NCBI GenBank assembly: GCA_951406725.2
Contig: OX597814.1
Span: forward strand, 108,190,001 to 108,254,000
Direction of reading: 5' to 3'
Source: Octopus vulgaris
Taxonomy: Eukaryota
DNA length: 64,000 bases
Part shown: positions 53,786 through 64,000 of the stretch, piece by piece
Layout: each line of letters begins with the position of its first letter
How positions within the stretch are numbered: position 1 is the first letter of the stretch
Made by a program: the position numbers and the translations under genes
Notes under the pieces: model-generated
Told to the model about the DNA's origin: nothing
Seen by the model: the letters and a program-made list of their open reading frames with translations, nothing else
Databases searched by the model: none

Positions 53786-55670
53786 TACGTTTAATTTTGG
53801 GGAAACTATATTTCAAAGTGTATTTTATACGCGCGCGCGCCTGCGTCTGTGTGTGTGTGTGTGTATTAAAGCAAAAAAATAAAACAAAAATGATAGTGTT
53901 CAGTATGTTGGCAACAGGAATTTGTCAAAGAGAAATGGTTAAACCAAGTTGTACATCATCTTCCTCTTTCTCTCACATACCCACTCTTTCTCCCTTATTA
54001 TTACTCCCACTGCCACCATCAGCATTACTTTTAATAAAACGTCATTGAATAGTGTGAGAGGAAATCCAAGTATGACACACTGACACTAGTTTTTGCATTT
54101 ATCATTTATATATATATATATATATATATATAATTACATGCCACATGTTCATTGCACACAGCAACACCACCATATGACCAACAGCCCAACAACTTGTTCC
54201 CACTGACATTGAACCTGTTGTAGTGTGTGTGTAATCATTATACATTAGATAATGCTTGTATGAGATATATTATGTCTGGATTTAAAAAAAAACACAAACA
54301 GGATGGTCATAGCTGTATGTCTTTTATCAAGCCTGTTCACTGAGAATTGACCTGGGGCTAAACAACAATAGTACTGTGCTGATCAAATTCTTTGTATGTT
54401 TATTTTTATTTTTTTTATGTAGAATAAAACCTAAAGACTAGATTTGAAAATGGTGTTACTCCTTCGACCAAATATCTGTGACATTCCTACCAAAACGTGT
54501 TGTCTCTTATTCTTGCTTGTTTTCTCTTGTAGATATGGAATCTATACAAATACATTTCTTTGATCAATCCTAGCATAATAATTATCAATTGATTATTGAC
54601 TTATGCTCTATTTGCCTTAAATCAACTTGATTGGAAATGAATAGCAATCTCCTCTTCTATAGATCTGGAAAGGGCAATCAGTCAGTCATAGATAAAAAAA
54701 GTTACAGAAAAAAAATTCTGCAAAAATCTAAAGAAATATCATCGTCATCGTTTAACATCCACTTTCCATGCTGGCATGGGTTGGATGGTTTGAGTGAGGA
54801 CTGGCGAGACAGAAGACTGCACCAGGCTCCAATCTGATCTGGCAAAGTTTCTACAGCTGGATGCCCTTCCTAATGCCAACCACTCTGAGAGTGTGTTGGG
54901 TGCTTTTTACGTGCCACCGGCACGAGGGCCAGTCAGACGGTACTGGCAACGACCACACTCAAAAGGTGTTTTTTATGTGCCACCTGCACAGGAGCCAGTC
55001 TGACAGCCCTGGCAACGACCAAAAAAAGAAACAAAACATTCTAGGTGCAGGCATGGCTGTGTAGTAAGAAGTTTACTTCCATTCCTATCTTGGCACCTTG
55101 GGCATGAGTCTTCTACTATAACCTTGGCCAACCAAAGCATTGTAAGTGGATTTGGTAACAGAAACTGAAAGAAACCCCATTGTATATGCATGTGTGTATC
55201 CCCCACCCCCACTTGACAACTGGTCTTGTGTTTATGTTTTGATGGGAGTCATGATGCTCCCTTGCGAGAAACAGACTGGACCGAGAAATTCTAAATAGTG
55301 GCGGTCAGAGTGAAGTTTGCATGTTGGGGTTGTGTTTGCAGTGAAGTCGGAAAGTGTTGATTGGTTAGTTTATTTGGAATATTGATTGTTGGGATCGTTA
55401 TGTTGTTATTACGGCTGCATGGTTATCTTCTTTACTGTTACAACACTGGCACGGTGTATCTAAACCATTCGTTACAATACCGTGGTGGTACCATGACACT
55501 GGAGAGGGAAAACACAACAGTTTACGACCCCCATAACTTAGCAGTTCCACAAAAGAGACCTATAGAATAAGTACCAGGCTTAAAAATACTAAGTAGCGGG
55601 GTTGATTCATTCGACTAAAAATTCTTTGTGGTGGTGCTCTAGCATGGCCACAGACTAATAACTGAAATAA

Positions 55671-56031
55671 GTAAAATATAAACAATTGCAGCGTGGAAAG
55701 TGTTTGTAAGCCATTTAAGAAACACACAAAAGCCATTCGATTCACTTCAACATTTAAGTTTAATTTGTCAAAATATTTTCGTCGCTAAAATCCGCGACCT
55801 GTTCACTGACAAAAATCCGTGCAGCACGGATTTTTGTCAGTGAACAGGTCGCGGATTTTAGTGACGAAAATATTTTGACAAATTAAACTTAAATGTTGAA
55901 GTGAATCGAATGGCTTTTGTGTGTTTCTTAAATGGATTACAAACACCTTCCACGCTGCAATTGTTTTCATTCCAGCACACGATCTCAGATAAAATCACTT
56001 GCTATGCGAGTACATCTCCGTAAAATATAAA
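55671..56031. mobile_element. Young palindromic Penelope-like element with a 12-bp TSD
   Basis: Palindrome 55680-55966 centred on 55823 (143-bp arms, 3 mismatches seen); unpaired 53-bp extension on the right; gtaaaatataaa at 55671-55682 and 56020-56031. Confidence 0.9.
55833..55882 (+). ncRNA. Minimal type I hammerhead ribozyme, G3:C8 variant (mirror copy 55764-55813 on the minus strand)
   Basis: TTTGTCA-GTGAACA-g-GTCGC-ggatttta-GTGAC-GAA-AATATT-T-TGACAAA: 7-bp stem I, 5-bp stem II, palindromic stem III. Confidence 0.75.
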
Positions 56032-56170
56032 GTTTGTTGAAAGGAAAGAGGTGTGAAGGGTGGGGGGTGAACATAAATGATAGCAACAAATTCTAAGTAG
56101 AGCTGAACAGCAGCCCTTAGAAGAAACCCCCTATTCCCTGAGAAAGTGTTTCAGCCCTTGACTTCTTATA

Positions 56171-56407
56171 CAGGGTGTTCAAAAAGTCTCTCCACAGTAG
56201 ATATTTAATGGTTTTCAGGCGATTCTTGTACACTGATCCTTTACTTGCTCCCCAGAAATAAAATGTCTGGTGGTGTTAAATCAGACAATCTTGGTGGCCA
56301 AAGTCCCTTCGAAATAATCTGTTCACCGAAAAACTCTTGAAGTAGTGCCATGGTGATGTACAGGATGGAAAAAAAATTAACTGCAGAGAGACTTTTTGAA
56401 CACACTG
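56171..56407 (-). mobile_element. Tc1/mariner-derived MITE
   Basis: TIRs cagggtgttcaaaaagtctctc / gagagactttttgaacacactg; minus-strand remnant IISKGLWPPRLSDLTPPD (WPPRSPDLTPxD motif). Confidence 0.85.
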
Positions 56408-56505
56408 AATTTAAAGGGGCCGAAGATAGGATTAGAATTTAGTGAAGATTTTCAGGTTCAAAAAATTTAGAATGTTTGTTTGAGTGTACAACAATTCTAA
56501 CGTTG

Positions 56506-56704
56506 AAAGTAAAGATAAAGGGACAATTAAAGGTAAAGGGACAAATTAAAGTGAAGGTAAAGGGACAAATTAAAGGTAAAGGGACAATTAAAGTAAAGGT
56601 AAAGGGACAATTAAAGTGAAGGTAAAGGGACAATTAAAGTGAAGGTAAAGGGACAATTAAAGTGAAGGTAAAGGGACAATTAAAGTGAAGGTAAAGGGAC
56701 AATT
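56506..56704. repeat. 23-bp minisatellite (aaagtgaaggtaaagggacaatt) with 17-bp variants
   Basis: Direct inspection, about 9 units. Confidence 0.92.
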
Positions 56705-57216
56705 TTTATATTCCATTTTAACCCTTTTGTTACCATATTTCTGTTATGATACCTTGCTTTTGTTTCAATTGATTTGGTGTCGGGTTCATAAATGAATATG
56801 AAATTATGAGGAAGGTTTTAAGTTAGATTACTTTAATCTCTTTGAAACCATATCTCTGTTGTATCAATTTGCTTGATTTTGATCTCATGATCAACCAGTC
56901 TATCAGATGTTATACATCATTGGTCACAATGCACTTTGCATCGTTTTAGCTTTTGAATCGTGCCACCCCACAGGCTGGGCAAGCAAGCCAACATTTTTCC
57001 CTGATCGGAAGGTTAGTCCGTTGCAGGGAACCCCTTTACAGCTGAATGGACTGAAGCAAAATGAAATGAAGCGTTTTGCTCAAGAACACAAAATGCAACT
57101 CGTCTAGAAATCAAAACGCAATCTCACAATCATTAGTGTAACACATCTAAAACCACTAAGCTATGCACCTACCCCTGTTTCAATTAATTTTGAAAATAAT
57201 GAAGAATTTAGTAAAA

Positions 57217-57900
57217 TCATCATCATCACTGTTTAACGTCCACTTTCCATGCTAGCATGGATTGGACGATTTTGACTGAGGGCTGGCGAACCAGATGGCT
57301 GCACCAAGCTCCAATCTTGATCTGGCAGAGTTTCTACAGCTGGATGCCCTTCCTAACGCCAACCACTCCGAGAGTGTAGTGGGTGCTTTTTACGTGCCAC
57401 CGGCATGGGGGCCAGTCAGGCGGTACTGGCAAAGACCATGCTCGAATCTTTTTACACATGCCACCAGCACAGGTGCCAGTAAGGCGACGTTGGTAATGAT
57501 CGCACTCAAATGGTGCCCTTTTACGTGCCATGGGACGGAGGCCAGTCAGGCAGTACTGGCAAAGACCTTGCTCGAATCTTGTTACACATGCCACCATCAC
57601 AGGTGCCAATAAGGGGACGTTGGTAACGATCACACTCGAATGGTGCCCTTTTACATGCCACAACACGGGGGCCAGTCAGGTAGTGCTGGCAACGACCTCG
57701 CTCAAATCTTTTTACACATGCCACCGGTACAGGTGCCAGTAAGTTGACATTGATAACAATCACGCTTGAATGGTGCCCTTTTACGTGCCACCAGCACGGA
57801 AGCCAGTTGGCTGCTCTGGCAATGATCACACTTGGATGGTGCTCTTGGCACCCAACTAACATGGGCACAAGTGCCAGTAAGGCGACATTGGTAGCTGTCA
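57217..57900 (-). mobile_element. RTE-tail repeat with an expanded array of about 59-bp subrepeats
   Basis: Alternating ...gccagtcagg..gtactggcaa and ...gccagtaagg..cgttggtaa units. Confidence 0.85.
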
Positions 57901-59386
57901 TTAATAAGATGGTGTTTGAAATAAATTACCACGATGCTTTGATGGACAGCATTAGTTTAAATCACCAAGACAGAACCAGGGACATTCTTAGATGGGTTGG
58001 CATCAAAAGAATTAAGACTTATCAGGTTATTAACATTATGGAGACAATATGGTCTCACACAGAAATATTTCTAATGAGAGGGATGGACAGTCACAAGAGG
58101 GTGGGGTACAAAACTTGGTATTTACTTTTAAGTGGGGGTACGAAAAGGGACTACAAAACAGTGGTTCTAAAGGTAGTGTTTAACCCCAGTCTATTTCCGA
58201 CTGAATAGACTAGAAACATTTAACCATGATCAGATTGAGTGTCAAGGAATTTATAAGGCCTCTGTCAGTCAAAGTCAATCATGTCTCTGCACTTGTCTGT
58301 GTAACCTGGGCAAGGGTTTTTTTGGTGAGGAGAGGACTAGCAGTTAAGCATGGATGTAAATCTGCCCTTTCATGCTATTGATATTTATCCAAGGCTTCCA
58401 ACTTGGACCAATACACCTTGGCACCAGTGTTATCAAGACCATTACTGTCGGGACAAAAAACCTGGAATACATACCACGAGACAACTTGTGCCAATCCTCA
58501 ATTCCACCAAATCACTAATTTGTGCTTGTTTTTATTGACACCTCACAAACGGTAAAGTTGACCTTGGTGAAAAAAAAACAAGATGATTGGTGATTTGCTG
58601 TGCTGACCCGTCCATCAAAGTCTAATGGAGGCCATAAAAGCATGTTGTTTATGTCTATATTCCACCACCACCCCAGACACACAATCTGTCTTACAAATCT
58701 CTACTCCAACCTCCCCCTCCCAGCTTCCTAGCACCTCCTCCCACCTCTACCAGCAATCATTGCTTGCTGTATCCCACAACCCTCCATCACTGACTTTCCC
58801 TTCTTGAACCTACCTGCAACAGGCAACACAATCGGTCCCCTGATGAATACCCCCCCCCCCCGTGCATGTTCACTGCATTCCCCTCCCAACCATCTCCCAC
58901 TCACTCACCCCATCCAATCTTTTTCATTTGATTTATATGCACTTCACTGTAACTTGTCACATTTTCTTCTCTCTCTTTCCAACTGGCACAGCCACGTGTC
59001 CCCCTTTACTGCAAGATATCTATTTCTGTTCCACTATTAATACTCTCACTTCTCCTCACCTGGCACCAAGCTACCGCCTCCCTCAATACTGCTACACACC
59101 TCACCTGAGGAGCTTTGTCTTATGTGTTACTCTGTGACCGCACTGCTGCTGGCACCATGTGAAAATCACTCAGCCCACACAGTTCAGTGGTTGACATTTT
59201 GGAGGAGCTCTCCAGCTTACTAGTCTTCAGGCAAACCGTCCAAACCATGCCAGCATAGAAAGTGGATGTTAAATGATGACGACGAGGTGGATTCAGGTAT
59301 GGAAACCATGCCAAAGCAGACAATAGAACTTGGTACAGTCTTCTGACATACCAACTCATATTAAAGTGTCGAACCCATAGGAGGAG

Positions 59387-59996
59387 TTCTATATTTAAGA
59401 GATGAGGAATTATGTACATTATTTACATTTGACGGATATTTGTCCTCATCTTGTTTGTTGCCCATGGGCATAAGGCATAGTGGTTAAGAGTGCAGGCTAC
59501 TAACTCCAAGATTCTGAGTTCAATTCCAGGCAGAGACATGAATAATAATGAGCCCTGTGCTAGTAGGGTATTAAGAGCACCATCCGAGCGTGATCATTGC
59601 CGGAGTGGCTATCTGGCCTCAGTGCTGGTGACGCGTAAAAGACACCATTCGAGTGTGATCGTTACCAGCATCGCCTTACTGGCATGTGCTGGTGGCATAT
59701 GTAAAGGATTCAGGCGAGGTCGTTGCCAGTACCGCCTGACTGGCCCTGTGCCGGTAGCACGTAAAAGCACCCACTACACTTTCGGAGTGGTTGGCGTTAG
59801 GAAGGGCATCCAGCTGTAGAAACACTGCGAGATCAAGATTGAGGCCTGGTGCAGCCATCTGGTTTGCCAGCCCTCAGTCAAAATTGGAAAGCGGACGTTA
59901 AACGATGATATAATATATAATAATAACAACAACATCGAAAAATACCTTACGAATGAGAACCCAGGCTCGAAACTTCCCCAAGACACCTGATGAAGG
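59387..59996 (+). mobile_element. Second copy of the tRNA-headed hammerhead-tail SINE, interrupted by an RTE-tail repeat (59550-59909)
   Basis: Inverted tail 59387-59460; head from 59466 (ggcatagtggttaag..gagttcaattcc); body resumes atcgaaaaatacctta...gacacCTGATGAagg and is then truncated. Confidence 0.8.
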
Positions 59997-60435
59997 GGTT
60001 CTTTAAAGTTTGTTCTGTTATAAGCATTGCATCCAAACGTCTGACTCCATCTTCACTCATATCTTTCCTGTAGATGTTCAGACTGAACATTAACCACATC
60101 AATCTCACCAGTCTGGGACAACCTGTAAATGTGATAAGCATTGCCTCCTCTTCTCCCCGAACTGACTAATCAAAAAGGGAGTTTAGCTGCTGCCCACTTA
60201 TCATTAAGACAAGGACTAGATCTCAGACATATCAGTTATGTTCTAATGGATGGTATCTATGTTCTGACAGTGTTCTTTCTTTGAGGCTTGCTCTGGTTTT
60301 AAAACAGGTGCACTACATTCTTGCATGTCATTTCATCATCATCATTTAATATCGGTTTTACATGCAGGCATGGAGCGAGCAGTTCGACAGGAGTTAGTAA
60401 AGCAAGGAGCCGCACCAGGTTCCACTATGGTTTCT

Positions 60436-60846
60436 TATTTCTTTACTGCCCACAAGGGGCTACACACAGAGGAGACAAACAAGGACAAACTGATTAAGTC
60501 GATTATACTGACCCCAGTGCTTAACTGGTACTTATTTATCAACCCCAAAAGGATGAAAGGCAAAGTCGATCTCAGCGGAATTTGAACTCAGAAAGTTGCG
60601 GCAGACGAAATACCTATTTCTTTACTGCCCACAAGGGGCTAAACACAGAGGAGACAAACAAGGACAGACAGATGGATTAAGTCGATTATATCGACCCTAG
60701 TGTGTAATTGGTACTTATTTATCAACCCCAAAAGGATGAAAGGCAAAGTCAACCTTGGTGGGATTTGAACTCAGAACGTAGCGGCAGACGAAATACCGCT
60801 AAGCATTTCGCCCGCCGTGCTAACGTTTCTGCCAGCTTGTCGCCTT
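60436..60846 (-). mobile_element. Family C SINE dimer
   Basis: Junction gacgaaatac|ctatttc at 60613/60614. Confidence 0.85.
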
Positions 60847-61791
60847 TTCCATTATGGTTTCTAAAACTGGATGCCCTTCCAAACACTAACCACTTTACAG
60901 AGTGTATTGGGTGGTTTTTACATGGAACCAGCACCAATGCTCTTTTATGTGGCACCAGCAGCAGTGAAATGGAAACAAAAAGAAACCCACACCATATCTC
61001 TATGATGATGAATTTGTAGAAATAGCTTGACCTGCTATTTGACAGGCCTAAACTCTAGAATCCACTTGAGAATATTTAATGAGCAAAAATAATGGTCAAT
61101 GAAAAGCATTGAAGCATAACAAAAGGCCATATGTAAAAGAATGTGCAACCTCATTGCTAAATGATTTTACTGATCTGCTGGTAATATATTCATGATAAGG
61201 GAGATTATTATCATTTGATATCAATTTTCCAAGGTTTGACAGGAGCCGGCAAGGCTGGAGGGCTGCATTGGGTTCCAGTTATCTGCTTTGGCATGAATGA
61301 CTTTCAAAAAGAAAGCTTTAAAGAATTAGAATAAAAGTTGAATGATTGATAACAGGAATTTATAGTTTGCTGAACTGCTAGGTCAAAAATGCAATCAGAT
61401 TCCATTGTTAACATCCAAAAGAAGATCTTGGAAAAAAAAAAGTACTGGGGCTGATTAATTTGACTAATAATTCTTCAAGGTAGTGCTCCAGCATGGCTGC
61501 AGTCTAATGACCAAAACAAGTGAACGATAAAAGACAAACTATCCAGTGTCGCAAGGTTAAAAAGAAGGCATTTAAAATAAACATTAGCTTGTTCGAAAAT
61601 ATAAAGATCGTGTCGTATAAGCCAGTTGGAGACGATGTCTCCTGGGGCTAAATTACAGCAACATTCGTCCTAAACCAGGAGTGCCGTGTTATGTTGGCAA
61701 ATAACCTTTACTCTTAGATGTTTGGAAATGATAATACGGGGAGGGTTTGAATGATATCAAGTGAAGCGTGACCCATTCAGCAAACGACTCG

Positions 61792-62439
61792 TAGGAGTGG
61801 CTGTGCTGTTAAGAAGTTTGCTTCTCAATCACACGGATCTGGGTTCGGTTCCATTACGTGGCACCTTGGGCAAAGTGGGCATAGTTTCGGTTGTAGTAGC
61901 ACAGATTTCCGTCGATTTCCGTAAAAAACTTTTATTTTTTTACATAAGTAATGAGAGCGAAAGAGACTAAGAGGAAGCGATTTTACGACGAGAAGGTTTC
62001 ACTTTGAAGTCGGCCTGTGTGTGTTTGATGGGGTGTGGGAGACAGACAGTATGTTGTGTAAGTGAAGTGCTTCTGTTAGTGTGTGCGTAGAGACAGACAT
62101 ACATATACACATACACCGAGTACATACATACATACATACACACACACACATACATAGATACATACACACACACACATACATACATACACACACACATACT
62201 TACACACACACACACACACACATAGATACATACACACACACACATACATGCAGACATACATATACACATACACCGAGTAAAAAATTACACTGAATCGACC
62301 ATACATACATACACACATACATACATACACATACACACATACATAGATACATACACACACACACACATACATGCAGACATACATATACACATACACCGAG
62401 TAAAAAATTACGATGAATCGGTCATACATACATACATAC

Positions 62440-62474
<35 letters not shown>

Positions 62475-63058
62475 TAGATACATACACACACACACATACA
62501 TGCATACATACATATACACATACACCGAGTAAAAAATCAGTTATCTCTCTCTTTCACACATTACTCTCTCTCTGTCTCTTCGCACACACTAACAGAAGCA
62601 CTTCACTTACACAACATACGGTCTGTCTCCCACACCCCATCAAACACACACAGGCCGATTTCAAAGTGAAACCTTCTCGTCATAAAATCGCTTCCTCTTA
62701 GTCTCTTTCGCTCTCATTACTTATGTAAAAAAATAAAAGTTTTTTACGGAAATCGACGGAAATCTGCGCTACGACATGCGAAACTTCGCCGCAAAGTGTA
62801 TACTATAGCTACAGACCAGCCTTGCAAGTCGAACTGATAGATGGAAAGTGAAAGAAGCCCGTCGTGTGTGTGTATCACTGTCATACAAGCGGTGCCCTTC
62901 GTTTCCAATATTCTGCGAAAACATGTCCTGCCACGAGGAAACATTACCTTGCTTGGAAAAGGGAGAAAAATGGCAACAGGAAGAGCATCTCGCTGTGGAA
63001 AATCCGTGTCTCCAAGTGTCCAACTCATGCAAGCATGGAAAGTGAAAATTAAACCGAT
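61792..63058 (+). mobile_element. SINE head B + tail H, split by a DNA transposon
   Basis: The head runs to ccttgggcaaagtg (61877) and resumes gcaaagtgtatactatagc at 62791. Confidence 0.8.
61878..62790. mobile_element. Non-autonomous long-TIR (Mutator/Foldback-like) element with an 8-bp TSD
   Basis: 210-bp TIRs at 61878-62087 and 62581-62790; TSD gcaaagtg at 61870-61877 and 62791-62798; CA-rich interior with four catatacacatacaccgagta subrepeats. Confidence 0.9.
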
Positions 63059-63922
63059 ATTTCAACTGAATCGTGTTTAAATCTGATCTTATAAAAGTCG
63101 CAGTAACTTTCCACAAGTGCTAAAAAGGAGAGAGACACTTCACGGTAGCTCGACACGCTAGAAATAGCAGTCGAATGCTCCTCAAATCCTACCCTCTCTT
63201 ACAAAGGCAAACCAGAACAGCGTAACGTTTTCACTTTCTCAGGCTTTAAAGTTCTTCTCAGTCTCGCAAACAATTCTTATTATTCCTGTATGGCAAGGAG
63301 TGTGTTCATGTGTTTTGGCTGAAGTTCAACCACAACCATGTTTATGTGTGAATTTTACAGCAAATCCATGAATGAAACAAATACAGAAAATATTTTTCAT
63401 GAATACAAAAAGAAAGCTGATGTATTAACAGAATGAAAATCCCTGCAGAGAAAGTAAAAATGGTACGCTAATGTAGTCCAAGATACACCACGTTTGACTA
63501 AGAAATGAGATGGCTACGATTACCTGATCCTAGTTTTGAAAAAGCAATCCATACCTCATGGGGAAGAAAACGGCACAAAAAAAAAAAGAAAAGAAAAGCT
63601 GGAAGTTTTGGAATTTTACTATTATACCTGTTTCCAAATGTTGATCGATGGTCTTTCGGAATAGCAATCACTAACTACATCATGATCAAGGAAAAGGGGG
63701 TGAAAATTTGGGCAGAATTTTTTGTTAAAAAAGGGTTAATGTTTTTACATTTTGATACCCAAATTCTTACTTTTCGAGTAAATTTATACAATTACCCACA
63801 GCAAGAATACTAAAATAAATAAATAAATAAATAAACCCTCCCCCATCGATTCTGTCTCCTTTTCTTTCTCCCAGGGGTGGTGATAGCTATGCCAAGACTC
63901 CGTCTACTCCCTTGGGACTCAC

Positions 63923-63940
63923 CGAGAGTTCTATAACCAT
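63923..63940 (-). CDS. Candidate start-codon exon end (MVIELS|gtgagt)
   Basis: accATGgttatagaactctcg|gtgagt: good start context and a consensus donor in non-repetitive DNA, but very short. Confidence 0.15.
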
Positions 63941-64000
63941 GGTTTCATTGTTGGTTTTTGTTAAAACAAAATCAAGCGTGACAAATAGATCAATAAATAA

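Noticed and set aside
57295-58208. Recurrent ORFs with LQLDALPNANHSESVVGAF
   Set aside because: Antisense translation of the multi-copy RTE-tail repeat, not a gene family.

Overview
AT-rich, repeat-saturated eukaryotic DNA, not prokaryotic. The SINE, RTE-LINE and MITE families resemble those of a coleoid cephalopod (Octopus-like); this is inferred from repeat content only. I find no intact protein-coding gene. Nearly all ORFs in the track are repeat or microsatellite artefacts, and the recognisable coding remnants are decayed RTE LINE, mariner/Tc1 and Sola2-like transposase fragments. The window is probably a long intron or intergenic region, with a few weak exon candidates. Main observation: four unrelated fold-back (inverted-repeat) elements at 1419-1625, 7126-7655, 16203-16543 (second copy 59387-59996) and 55671-56031 each carry outward-facing minimal type I hammerhead-ribozyme motifs, mostly with a palindromic stem III. 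This is the architecture known from Penelope-like elements. One has a compensatory G3:C8 core swap and a 12-bp target-site duplication (TSD). Another is a tRNA-headed SINE with a hammerhead tail. Also present: a young 843/844-bp x5.6 tandem array (48059-52795), a Helitron with a duplicated 5' end, a 913-bp long-TIR element nested in a SINE, and modular SINEs that swap tails. Boundaries of old repeats are approximate and only representative SINE copies are listed.
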